The notes under the pieces are model-generated. The model was not told where the DNA came from and did not search any database. It was given only the letters and a program-made list of their open reading frames with translations. Shown one piece after another: positions 29,315-40,500 of a DNA stretch of 55,413 nucleotides (its first letter is position 1; the number at the start of each line of letters is the position of its first letter). The translations under genes were made by a program, and so were the position numbers. Source of the stretch: Promethearchaeota archaeon (GTDB lineage Archaea > Asgardarchaeota > Lokiarchaeia > Sigyniarchaeales > SOKP01); assembly GCA_019057795.1 (NCBI GenBank), contig JAHLWS010000008.1, positions 1 to 55,413 on the forward strand. Reading direction: 5' to 3'.

Positions 29315-30493
29315 ATGTCTGAATCAAGAATCATAAAAAAAACTCCTGAAATGGAAGATTATGAAGAAGAAACGGGAAAATTAGCAATATGGAAAGGTAA
29401 GGTAAACAAAGATTTTAAGAAGTGGCAAATAAAGAAGCAAAAAGATACTATTAAAAAAGAAAAAATAGAAACGCTCTCGTTATCTCGTGAAGAAAGAAAA
29501 CAAATAAAAACAGAATTGAAACAACAAAAAGAGATAGGAAAAGATTACAAACACTTAATTGTTGTTGAAAACCTCCACAAGACTTATTTACTAGGGACGA
29601 CAGCGGTTGCGGCTCTCCGTGGTGTCGATTTAACAATTGATAAAGGCGATTTCATTGATATTATGGGTCCTTCTGGAAGTGGTAAGACAACACTTTTAAA
29701 CCTTATAGGCGGTCTTGACACTCCTACGAGAGGAAAGATCTTTTTAGAAGGTCGTAATATTTCTATGCTAAATGATAATGCTTTAGCAGAAATAAGAAGA
29801 GAACGAATAGGATTTGTATTTCAATTCTATAATTTATTACCTCAAATGACAGCTTTAGAAAATGTAATGGTTCCCCTACATTTCTCAGGGAAATTAAGTA
29901 AACGAGGAAAGAGAAAGAAAGCTTTGGATTTATTAAGGCTTGTTGGTTTAGAAGAACGTTCGCATCATGCTCCTTCAGAATTAAGCGGCGGAGAACAACA
30001 AAGGGTAGCAATTGCAAGGGCATTTGCTAACGATCCAGCCATAGTAATTCTCGACGAACCGACTGGCGACTTAGACTCCAAGACCGGAATTATGATTTTG
30101 AACCTTATTAGAGATCTAAATAATAAAGGAGCAACATTTATATCGGTATCTCACGATGCTGTAGTTTCTGAATTCGCTTCTAAAGTTTATCACATGATGG
30201 ATGGAAAGTTAACCCATGAAGGGAAAATAGGAGGCTTAAAAGAAACAGAAACCATGCAAATAAGAAGAAAACAAGAAGCCGAAATAAATAAAGAAAAATG
30301 CAAAAGTTTGATTTTTCGATTTTTCTTTGCAAATCAAGGAAAAAATCAGATTAGAGTAAGTGATATTAAAGATTCTATTCCAAACTTAATCATTATGAAC
30401 TTACCAGAGCATTTTAACGATATTTTGGCAGAATTAATACAAGAAAATAATATTAACGGAATTATTACAGGAGATATATTGTTCTTAAATTAA
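29315..30493 (+). CDS. ABC transporter ATP-binding protein (LolD/MacB family) with N- and C-terminal extensions
   Basis: GPSGSGKT, IGFVFQFYNL, LSGGEQQRVAIARA, LDEPTGDLD, SHD. Confidence 0.92.
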   Translation: MSESRIIKKTPEMEDYEEETGKLAIWKGKVNKDFKKWQIKKQKDTIKKEKIETLSLSREERKQIKTELKQQKEIGKDYKHLIVVENLHKTYLLGTTAVAALRGVDLTIDKGDFIDIMGPSGSGKTTLLNLIGGLDTPTRGKIFLEGRNISMLNDNALAEIRRERIGFVFQFYNLLPQMTALENVMVPLHFSGKLSKRGKRKKALDLLRLVGLEERSHHAPSELSGGEQQRVAIARAFANDPAIVILDEPTGDLDSKTGIMILNLIRDLNNKGATFISVSHDAVVSEFASKVYHMMDGKLTHEGKIGGLKETETMQIRRKQEAEINKEKCKSLIFRFFFANQGKNQIRVSDIKDSIPNLIIMNLPEHFNDILAELIQENNINGIITGDILFLN

Positions 30494-30546
30494 AGCAATT
30501 CATCTAGATAAATATTTAATGTAAATATAGAAATTTTTTAGTTCAA

Positions 30547-33537
30547 ATGCCCAATATTAGATTAGTATTTAAATACGCATTTAAAGACCTTTTACGTCAT
30601 AAAGTTAGAACCTCATTAGGTATAATTGGGGTTATGATTTCTGTAGGACTTTTAGCATTAGTTCTATTTTTATCTGATTCTATTTCAGTAACTTTTGTTG
30701 ATTACCTTAGTATAGACGCGGGCCAGCAAGATTTTAATATCCGCGTAAGACATTACAATGGTGAGCCCGATAATCGTTCTAATTATTTTGATTATCAACC
30801 AATAGTAGAAACAATACAAAACAATATGGATGAAATTAGAGGCTTCATACCAAGAATTAGTTTATGGGGTAATGTAAGCGTTTCAAAAGGGTTCGAAACT
30901 CAAGAATTGATAAATGAAAGTGAAGGAGTATATATCTCAGGAATAAATTTCACTTTGGAAAACAAACTGACATTTGGTAGTTTTGTTAAACCCGGTTTAA
31001 ATGAATTGTTAGATTTATCGAGTCTACCCTTATATCACTGCGCTATTTATTATGGTTTCAATGATGATATTAAATATGCGGAAAACGATACAATTGAAAT
31101 AAGGATGGGTTTGCGGTATGGTGATAAAATTTTACATAGAGTTAAAAATTTTACAATTGATAGAATTTTTGATTTTCAATTAAAATGGCCAATAGGTTAT
31201 GCAAATAGACCATTGATTGTTGTTGATATCAACACGCTTTATGATCTTTTTGAAAATGAAACATTGAATGGAAAATGTAATGAATTAATTCTTACTTTAA
31301 AAAAAAGTCTAAACCTGTATGATGCAAGAGATATTGATGGTTCTGAAAACATAGTGAAAGACTTAGCTGCTGAAATCCAACTTTTAATCGGAATTAATGA
31401 ATATAATATCGATCTACCCAAATTAGATGTATTAGGTTTTTCAGAATTTTTGAGCGTTGGAATCACGATAATTTTTGTTTTTGTATCGATGATATCGATG
31501 TTGATATCAGGAATTTTAATCAACGGAATACTTAAAACATCTGTGGAAGAACGAATAAGAGAGTTCGGAATCTTTAGAACCTTAGGTGCTACTAAGAAAT
31601 ATAATTTGATAATAGTTTTAGTTCAAGGAATGATCCTATGTAATTTTGGAACGATATTAGGTATAATTTTTGCCCAACTGGCAACTCAATACATAGTGCT
31701 CCCTATCGCGGGAGCTGTAGTAGCAGAATCCATACCTGGTTTAACAGGCAACATATCGTTTTCTATTACATTTTGGTCAATATTATTTTCATATATTATA
31801 GGAGTAAGTGTTGGGCTTATAGTAAGTATCTCTCCAGCGTTAAAAGTAATGAAACTTCAATTAATTGAGTCAATTCATCCTTATCGTAAGGAAGATGTGT
31901 TATATAAGCTTCGAAAAAAGGCTCCTGTAGATTATAAATTATTAATAGTTGGCGTTATATTGGCTGCTAACAGTGCTTTTGTTCTTTTTGTTATTCCAAG
32001 AATAATGACAACTGGAGATGCTGCACTACTGTCAGGTACATTAATAGCCCTCCTTATACTATTTTTAATCGGAATGACACTCGCAGGACTAGGATTATTA
32101 CCTTTGATTTTAAGATTTTTTATTGAGTTTTTTCACATCTTTAATAAAAAATTAGCACCTGTGTATAAAATATTCATATTTAGATATGCAAGGAGAAATT
32201 CGAGCACAATTGTTACTTTTGCTTTTACTTTTTCTTTCGTGATATTTACAGCAGGAGCATTTAGTTTTTTGTCGAGTCAAACAGTGCTTAGTGCAAATCT
32301 TAACTATGGTGCTGATTTAGTGATAGAAACGCAAGGTTGGTACGAACCGGAAGAAATAGAAGGATTTGGTTTTGGAGGTCTGGGTGGTGACTTTGCAAGC
32401 ATTTCAAATAACGAACTTAAAATTAGTCAAGAGAATGGATATTCTATAGATCCAAATAGAATCTTAACAAGCGACTTTAAATTTGAATTGCTAAAAATAG
32501 AGGGAATAGAAAGAGTATCTACGGTAATCGCAAGCCCTTTCCATTTAACACAAATTTATTCAGAAGAAGGTAAAGAATTCACGGCAGAGATTGGCGATTA
32601 CGCAGGTTTAAACGTTCATGAAATTAGTTTAATAGGAATTGATGAAGTTTATCCTTCTACAATTAAAACAAAATATATAGAATTTACCCAAGGTGATATT
32701 TTATCGTCTATTGAACAACTTTTTGAGGAACAAGAGGAATATACATGTATCATTTCCGAAGGCATTTCTGCAAGTTTAGATATGCATTTAGGCGATATTG
32801 TACGAATGGTAATTCAACGCGGCGACGAAACTGAGATATATCCGTTTAAAGTAGTAGGTGTAGCGGCCGTTATGCCAGGTTTTTTTGCGGAATTTGGCAG
32901 ATCAAGCGCATCGGCACATATGGGAGGCGTTATGATTTCACAAAAGGTTTATATGAATATTATGGATATCCCTCCTATCCCGTATTTAGATAAAGTATTT
33001 ATCAAACTCAATTTAGAGACTCTAAGTTTGTCTATTAAAAGCCAATTAGAAATAGAGAACGAACAAAATTATGACTTTGATGTTATAAGCTTACAACAAG
33101 CGGTTACACAACAACAGTTATTTTTCACGATTATAGATGTATTTTTTACGATAACTTTAGATGCAACTATAGTTATATGCCTTTTTGGATTGCTCTCATC
33201 TTCTTATTCTACAATAATCGAAAGAAAAAAAGAAATAGGGATAATTAGGACCTTGGGTTTAAAAGGGAAAGAAATAACTAAACTATTCACTATCGAATCA
33301 TTAATTATAATGTTGAGTAGTGGAACAGTAGGCGTCATTGTGGGATGGACAACCGGATTATTATTAACTACATCAATGAATTTAATGAGCGATTTACCAA
33401 ATATTCTCACTTTTCCGTTATCAGATATGATTGCAATTTTTATGATTTCAATTATATTTATTTTGATTGGATTGAAAGTATTATTAAAAAAATCCCGGAA
33501 ACAGAAAATTATTGATATTTACAGAGAAACTATGTAA
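30547..33537 (+). CDS. FtsX/MacB-type ABC permease (duplicated, about 10 TM)
   Basis: SVEERIREFGIFRTLGA and IIERKKEIGIIRTLG FtsX motifs; two large extracytoplasmic domains. Confidence 0.9.
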   Translation: MPNIRLVFKYAFKDLLRHKVRTSLGIIGVMISVGLLALVLFLSDSISVTFVDYLSIDAGQQDFNIRVRHYNGEPDNRSNYFDYQPIVETIQNNMDEIRGFIPRISLWGNVSVSKGFETQELINESEGVYISGINFTLENKLTFGSFVKPGLNELLDLSSLPLYHCAIYYGFNDDIKYAENDTIEIRMGLRYGDKILHRVKNFTIDRIFDFQLKWPIGYANRPLIVVDINTLYDLFENETLNGKCNELILTLKKSLNLYDARDIDGSENIVKDLAAEIQLLIGINEYNIDLPKLDVLGFSEFLSVGITIIFVFVSMISMLISGILINGILKTSVEERIREFGIFRTLGATKKYNLIIVLVQGMILCNFGTILGIIFAQLATQYIVLPIAGAVVAESIPGLTGNISFSITFWSILFSYIIGVSVGLIVSISPALKVMKLQLIESIHPYRKEDVLYKLRKKAPVDYKLLIVGVILAANSAFVLFVIPRIMTTGDAALLSGTLIALLILFLIGMTLAGLGLLPLILRFFIEFFHIFNKKLAPVYKIFIFRYARRNSSTIVTFAFTFSFVIFTAGAFSFLSSQTVLSANLNYGADLVIETQGWYEPEEIEGFGFGGLGGDFASISNNELKISQENGYSIDPNRILTSDFKFELLKIEGIERVSTVIASPFHLTQIYSEEGKEFTAEIGDYAGLNVHEISLIGIDEVYPSTIKTKYIEFTQGDILSSIEQLFEEQEEYTCIISEGISASLDMHLGDIVRMVIQRGDETEIYPFKVVGVAAVMPGFFAEFGRSSASAHMGGVMISQKVYMNIMDIPPIPYLDKVFIKLNLETLSLSIKSQLEIENEQNYDFDVISLQQAVTQQQLFFTIIDVFFTITLDATIVICLFGLLSSSYSTIIERKKEIGIIRTLGLKGKEITKLFTIESLIIMLSSGTVGVIVGWTTGLLLTTSMNLMSDLPNILTFPLSDMIAIFMISIIFILIGLKVLLKKSRKQKIIDIYRETM

Positions 33538-33554
33538 GGAGGATTAGAAAAAAC

Positions 33555-36500
33555 TTGATAAGATTTAAAAAAATGATTGTTTTTGTATTAATTCTGAGTT
33601 TTCTTTCTACTCCACTTTATATAAATTTTAAGGAAAAAATCATTGCTCCTAAAATAGAAAATAACGATTTATATAAATATGATTTAATAAATCCATCTGA
33701 CATCGCAGGAACAGATCTTTATGCTGAACAGATTAATGTATTTGTCGCGGGCAATAAGTCCATCATAAAACAATCTCTTTTTACTAATGACACAAGCATA
33801 TTGCCCCGTTTTGATACTAGAGACCCTGCATTTTATAAATGCAATGTTCTCTTTAGTGTATCGAATGGAATTACGCCCGAAATTTTTCCGCGTATCCTAA
33901 ATGAAGATGGTTTTAATAGGCAATACGAAATGACTTTCAACAGCTTTTCTGGATTCCTTTATTACGACGAAGAAATGAACGAAGACGACGTTAAATTAAG
34001 GGCAGAGAGAGCTCTCGAAATCATAAAAAGAAAATTTGAAATAGACCTTATCATGATAAGCGTATCTAACCCATACCTTTTTCCTTTCGTTGGTTATTAT
34101 CCCGATTGGGACATTTATTTTCACGAAATCACTACTAATCTTCCTATGGATGGATATTGGAAAGCGTTAGATGTTGAACGCTTAACATCTGAAGAATACA
34201 TAAATAGTCAGCATTTATCCTCGACATTTCTTTTAGTAAATTCTTTAGATTTATTAGATAAAGATATAACCGAATCAATAGATCAAGTTAATTTTAACAT
34301 CGATTCTCTCGATTTAACATATTTAGAAAATTTTGAGGTTGATAATATATTTGAGCAGTTTTCAAGCATTTCAGTTGGTAACTTTTCAGATGTTTTAGAT
34401 TCAAATCAAACTACTCAAGAAGATTCTGAAGGTTTTGGTGATATGTTTAGCGGTTTAACTTTGTCAAACGAATCCCATTACACAAGTTTAATGGTTCAAT
34501 ACGAGGGTTTAAGTGAGGGTATTAAGAATATAGGCGAAAATGAGTATAAATTTAATCTATGGGACGCTTTAGGTTATCAAGGCGAACAACTTCAACCAAG
34601 TGAAAAAATATTTATAGCCTTAATGGGAGCCTTTATGAGCGAAATAAATATTAATATATTTTGCACAGAAATAGTAGATGAAACACCTAAATATTTCACC
34701 TTTTATGATTTTTTGTTAGAACAAATAGCTTTATTGTCGTTCTATGCGGATGTTGATTTCGACGTTCAAACATTAAAGAATTATTCATTTGAATTAATTT
34801 GGGTTGATGAAAAAGGATTTAAACATAATTATGTCAAACCTGTAAATTTAAATGACCCTACTGATGTTATAAATTTTTTACATCAACTTGGATGGCAAGG
34901 TTTACCAGGGATTCCTACAGGGATATTGAATCCTATCGAAGATTTAGTAATTACATATAAAATCTCGAATTCAGAACCAAATTTACTTATTACTAAAGAT
35001 TTAATTGGGGATAACGCATCATTTGGAGTTTATAACAATTTTTCTTTTAATATAATGGCAAAAAATGTAGGAAACGAAACCGCGTGGGGCGTTCCTACTC
35101 CAATCCCGATAGAACTAGACGACGCATTTTCAATAGTTGTAGGGCCTATCGGCGTAATTTTAGGATATGACGAAGACCTTAAAGATGCTATTTGGGAGGT
35201 GGTAAGAGTTGAATATTCTGGTCAATATGATTCATTAGAAGATTTTTTTAATTTTGACGAGGACCCTCGGATGTTTTATTTTGATACCACGGGAGCTGGC
35301 TCAATTGACACTTATTATCCAAACTTTAGTAATTTCTCTAACCTTCTACCATATAATGAAAACATGAACCATGTGATTGATCTAATAGCAATTGGTAACC
35401 CACAATTGATATCTAATCTAGAAACAGTAGGACTATCTTCGGATTCTCTAAAAGAAACTTTCACGAATGAAGAGAGTATTTGGAACGATGATAATTGGAA
35501 ATTAGAGCCAAATGAGATGATTTCGTATACTTTTGACAATTTTTCCATTGAAGAGTATGACACTTTTTCTCAATTTTACAAGTACAATTTCACGATTAAA
35601 GAAATATTTCCAGAATTACCCTCAATAATTTCAGGCGTTTCGATCGAAGAAACTTCGCCTCAAATGGCATTGGCTAACGACGACGAAGACTGGATTATCG
35701 AATCAGAAGAAAAATATGTAGACCAACATGAAATTGAGATTCAATTTCTTTTTCAGAATATGACAAATATAGATTTAATTAATAATTCTTTAGATAGAGT
35801 TTCAATAATGATCAACTTCACCGATCCCAGTAATGTTTTGGAATTTGAAGTTTTTAATTTTTCTACAGAAGAATTTCAAAATATATCCGCATACTTGACG
35901 TCAACAGTTAATAATACATCAACATTTTCATTTATAAAAAATCAAGGAACATTAGAATGGTTGTTTGATCCTACAGCGAGAGATAATCATACAATCATAT
36001 TAAAAATAAAGGGTATTAGTACAAGCCTTTTTAATATTTCAATTAATGACTTAGATGTAGAACTTTATTATAGGGACATTAATGAGTATAAGGTTTTAGG
36101 ATCGAGAGTCATCTATACTTCGTTAAACGGAAAAGTTGAGTACATAAGGACCTCGAATTCAATATCTTTAAGTACTTATGATATGGCTTCGATTGTTTCC
36201 TATTCTTATTTAACTGGTTATAGCACAAAAGTGGGAGATATTAATAACCTTACATTAGTTTTTAGAAACATAGGTTCTGATTCTGCTAAAAACATTAACA
36301 TTTCAATATTAATTCCAGGAATAATTTACGATCCAATCAACTTTACTATTGTGGAAAATTACTTAAAATATAATACAGCTGAACTTGCTCCTTACGCAGA
36401 AAAGCAAGTAAGTTTTTCTTTTTACGTTCCAAATACGGCAGTAATTAGCAGTACAAATATTAGTTATAGTACCCCAGAACATATCCAAAATTTAAATTCA

Positions 36501-37505
36501 ACTATTTTAGAAACTCATCCTAATCAAGTCTGTTTTTCCGCTCCCATTGATTATTTAACTCGTTTTCCCTATATTAAAACAATCGAAATTTATTTGGATG
36601 CTTCGAATCTTGCTCCCTCTATAGGAGAAGAACTGGATTTGTCTGTTTACATTAAAAACAACGGTCTTGAAGGATTTAACATTCAAAACTTAGTTATTTC
36701 AATGAACGATCAGTTTGGGGATTTAGCACGAATAGATAGTGAAGATTTAATTCTAGCGGAGATAGGATATAATGAAACTAAATCATGTAACATAACTTTA
36801 ATCAAACGCGATTGGAAAGGGTATTTTTATCCTTCCATTAATTACCTGGAGATTTCAGAAAAAAATTTAATTCAAATTGCTTCTTCAGAACCATTAATAT
36901 TAGGGAGAATTAATTTTTCTATTATTAAATCAGTTGATAAAAACCAAGTTGAAATTGGGGACATTATAACTGTTGAACTTAATGTTAAAAATGTTGGAAC
37001 AATTTGTGTTAAAAACCTAAGCATTAATGACATTATTAGTTTCACAGAAATTGAATTCAACTTAATAAGTGGCAGTCTTATTAACACCATTTCAAGTTTG
37101 CAACCAGGAGAGAATTTAACCTTTTCATATAAAATTCAAGCTATAACTCAAGCTGTATTAAGGTTAAAGTCTGCCAGTATTGAGTATTATTACCTATTGA
37201 AGCTCAAGGATACTTCTAATTTAGTCGAAGTCAAAGTAGTAATTCCAGAAATAATTCAAGTCTTTTTTGTTTTAGGTCCAATGTTAATTTCTTTAACAGT
37301 TTTAACCATTTTCCTTTGGAAAACAAAAAAATATAAAGCCAAAAAGTACGAGCTTAAACGGAACGAGCTAATGCTTTTCAAAGTTTCTGGCAGTAGTACC
37401 ATTCTAAAAATTGAGAATACTTTAAGAGATAGATTTAATTCAATTTCTAAGATTCAAAGTGAAGAAATTATTGAAAAAGAAAATGGAGGTGAATCTATTA
37501 GCTGA
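33555..37505 (+). CDS. Large secreted, membrane-anchored protein with Ig-like (DUF11/CARDB/BatD-like) domains
   Basis: Signal peptide; repeated KNVG/RNIG/KNNG motifs and IIKSVDKNQVEIGDIITVELNVKNVG; C-terminal TM plus cytoplasmic tail. Confidence 0.75.
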   Translation: MIRFKKMIVFVLILSFLSTPLYINFKEKIIAPKIENNDLYKYDLINPSDIAGTDLYAEQINVFVAGNKSIIKQSLFTNDTSILPRFDTRDPAFYKCNVLFSVSNGITPEIFPRILNEDGFNRQYEMTFNSFSGFLYYDEEMNEDDVKLRAERALEIIKRKFEIDLIMISVSNPYLFPFVGYYPDWDIYFHEITTNLPMDGYWKALDVERLTSEEYINSQHLSSTFLLVNSLDLLDKDITESIDQVNFNIDSLDLTYLENFEVDNIFEQFSSISVGNFSDVLDSNQTTQEDSEGFGDMFSGLTLSNESHYTSLMVQYEGLSEGIKNIGENEYKFNLWDALGYQGEQLQPSEKIFIALMGAFMSEININIFCTEIVDETPKYFTFYDFLLEQIALLSFYADVDFDVQTLKNYSFELIWVDEKGFKHNYVKPVNLNDPTDVINFLHQLGWQGLPGIPTGILNPIEDLVITYKISNSEPNLLITKDLIGDNASFGVYNNFSFNIMAKNVGNETAWGVPTPIPIELDDAFSIVVGPIGVILGYDEDLKDAIWEVVRVEYSGQYDSLEDFFNFDEDPRMFYFDTTGAGSIDTYYPNFSNFSNLLPYNENMNHVIDLIAIGNPQLISNLETVGLSSDSLKETFTNEESIWNDDNWKLEPNEMISYTFDNFSIEEYDTFSQFYKYNFTIKEIFPELPSIISGVSIEETSPQMALANDDEDWIIESEEKYVDQHEIEIQFLFQNMTNIDLINNSLDRVSIMINFTDPSNVLEFEVFNFSTEEFQNISAYLTSTVNNTSTFSFIKNQGTLEWLFDPTARDNHTIILKIKGISTSLFNISINDLDVELYYRDINEYKVLGSRVIYTSLNGKVEYIRTSNSISLSTYDMASIVSYSYLTGYSTKVGDINNLTLVFRNIGSDSAKNINISILIPGIIYDPINFTIVENYLKYNTAELAPYAEKQVSFSFYVPNTAVISSTNISYSTPEHIQNLNSTILETHPNQVCFSAPIDYLTRFPYIKTIEIYLDASNLAPSIGEELDLSVYIKNNGLEGFNIQNLVISMNDQFGDLARIDSEDLILAEIGYNETKSCNITLIKRDWKGYFYPSINYLEISEKNLIQIASSEPLILGRINFSIIKSVDKNQVEIGDIITVELNVKNVGTICVKNLSINDIISFTEIEFNLISGSLINTISSLQPGENLTFSYKIQAITQAVLRLKSASIEYYYLLKLKDTSNLVEVKVVIPEIIQVFFVLGPMLISLTVLTIFLWKTKKYKAKKYELKRNELMLFKVSGSSTILKIENTLRDRFNSISKIQSEEIIEKENGGESIS

Positions 37506-40500
37506 AGAAACTAATTAAATTCACACTTATTTTATCTCTTATCATAGGTTCGACTGTGGGAATGAGTTTCATTTTTAATTTAATAACTCCATATAAATTA
37601 AATTTTGGAAAACAAGAGAGTGTCGACGAACATCTACATAGATCAAATAATGGTAAAAAATCTGTTATCGTTTTTTTTAATGAATCCACATTTGATGCCA
37701 ACGCTAAAATTAGGTTTGAATTTTATGGAGGAGATTTTAAAGAAAACGAAGAATGGAACTCTTTGTTTAATAGCTTTTCAGGGTTTGCAGGAGCAATTCC
37801 TACAGAAAACATTTCCAAGTATAAAAGCGAGTTTCCAGACATAAACATAGAAGCTGATGAAATTATTGAAGTTCAAATGAATTATGCTAGCATTCAAACC
37901 CAATCAGTTAATTCAACATGGTATATAAATGGTTATAAAGGAAATACAGATTCTTCTATTGCTGTTTTGGACAGTGGTGTAAATCTTAACCATGACTTTT
38001 TACAAGGTAGAATTATAGGTTGGCAGAATTTTATTAGTCAAGATCCGATGACGGATGATAATGGTCATGGCACATTTATAGCTTCAGTTATTGCGGGCAC
38101 TGGTACTTCAGCTTATAATTCTATCAGTCCTTCAATTGTGAATTTATACGGCAATTATTCTCATTTAGATCTTTTTGACGAATACTTACCTTCTAAAAAC
38201 TATTCAGTAAAAATCTTTTCAACTAATATATCAAAATCAGATTCAATTATCGCAATAAATTCCACAAGTAATTTTCAGTTAAGCGAGATAGATGGATTTT
38301 GGTTTGAGTTATATCTTAATTCCAGTTTAGTAAACTCGTCTCACATTCAAAATCCAAGTCAATATTATTCATTCAATCATAGTGTTCCTCAAACCGAACG
38401 AGGAATTTACGATTTGTACATAAAGTATCACAAAAAATCAAGTTCCATTCCTTTTTTTTCATTCAATTCGTCTGTTTCGTTCTTTCCAGAATCATATATT
38501 GAAGATTTCAATCATTTTACAGGAATAGCTAACGCAACTAATATACTGGCATACAAGATCGTAAACCAAACTGGAAAGGGGTATGTGTCTGATTTAATAT
38601 CAGCGATGGCAAGTGTAATTCAAAATCGAACGAACCATCATATCGTTAGTGTTTGTTTAAGCATCGGAACTTTAGGAGAAGATGTTTCCGCCATTAACGC
38701 TGTAATTGATGAAGTAATTGAAAACCATATTTTAGTAGTAATTGCCGCTGGAAATAAAGGGATTGAAGGTTCAAAACCTTTTAATAAGTTAGGTATGAAT
38801 AAAAACGCGATTGTCGTTGGGGCTATCAATGATAAGGATCAAATAACATCTTATAGCAGTATGGGGCGGGATGTAGGGAATAACGTTCTAAAACCAGATA
38901 TAGTTGCTCCTGGAGGTAGTAAATTACCAGGCCACCGCTCGCTAATAAGCGCAGATGCAAAATCGAATGAATCTACCGCTTCATATGGGACATCAATTTC
39001 TACTGCGATTGTTTCAGCAACAATTAATTTATTAATAGACGCAAAATGGGGTAGTTGGACAGATTGGGATAATCAAGATTTATCGAAGTGTGTAAAAACA
39101 CTTAAAGCAATTTTACTAATGACTGCTTCAGAAACCTCTCTTGAAAGAGAAGACGATCCTGAAACAGATATTGATGAAAGTAATTACTCCCCATCGAAAT
39201 ATTCTGGATTGTTAAATAGTTTAAAAGATGAACATGAAGGATACGGAAGGTTAAATATACAAGCCGCTATTGATGCGTTAACTAAGAATATTATAGTAAA
39301 TCAAACTGTAATTAACAATTTAATTAATTCGGAACAAGATCCTCTTGGTAATCATGTTTTTGCTAGAAAAATTACTCTACAAGAAGATATCCAATATCTA
39401 TTTAATTTAACGGGCGTAGACGACAATGTTGATTTGGACTTATTCTTATTCTCGAACGAATCTAATCAATATGGTGAACCCTTATTATTACAATCAACAC
39501 AAAAATGGTATGGAGATTTCGATTCATTTTATTTCACACCGAAGTATAATCAAACAGAATGCGTTGTTATCGTGAAAGCTATCAATGGTAGTAGTAGCTT
39601 CAAGTTAAAAATCTCAAATGTTAGTAACAATTTCGTTCCTGAGTTAAAAGTCCCTGAAATTACTTATTCTGGTGGAATAAAAAATGCTACTGTCATTAGT
39701 GTTCAAGAGTTTTATGGAAATGATCCCGCAAAAAATTATACTATTGATAGTTATAGGTTTTACATAGAATATTTTGATGAAGATAGTTTAAATGTACCTC
39801 CACAAGAAGTACTAGTACATATTGTTGAAACTTCAGAAAGTTATAGTTTATTTCAATTAAACGAGTTGGACAGCAACTATACTAATGGAGCTATTTTTAG
39901 AAGTAATTTGGTAAAGTTTTCTACACCTAATACGTACCACTATTATTTTACTGCTAGCGATGGTTTACACCAAGCGAGATATCCCCAATCTGGAGAATTA
40001 AATATTACAATTGAATTTCCAACAGATAGCGAGACATTTCCTTACGCTCACGATTTTAATGATGGTTTCAATGGTTGGACTTATAATGGAACAGGCTGGG
40101 GCTTATTAACACAATCTAATCAATTAGACAATCGTTCCCGTTTATATTCTGAGGAGTGGTCAGCAATGTATTTTGGTAGAGATCATAATTATCCTTCGAA
40201 TTACACTTATCAACCATATCTTATTACAAACCCTTTTCCAAATGGTTCTTTACGAAGTCCTTTATTTAACATAACACAGGTTAATAAGAATTTTACTCAA
40301 GTTTTTGCTAAGTTTGGTTTAAGAACAAGTATAAATTCTGGAGATTTTATGTATTTGCAAATTAACCCGAATTGGACTGGTTGGATTACTTTGAAAACTT
40401 ATACAAATGAAGAAAGAGATTGGTTTCTCGAAGAAATAAATATCACGCAATATATTGGTAATTACGTGCAATTTAGATTCCTCGCTTTGCTAGACGATGA

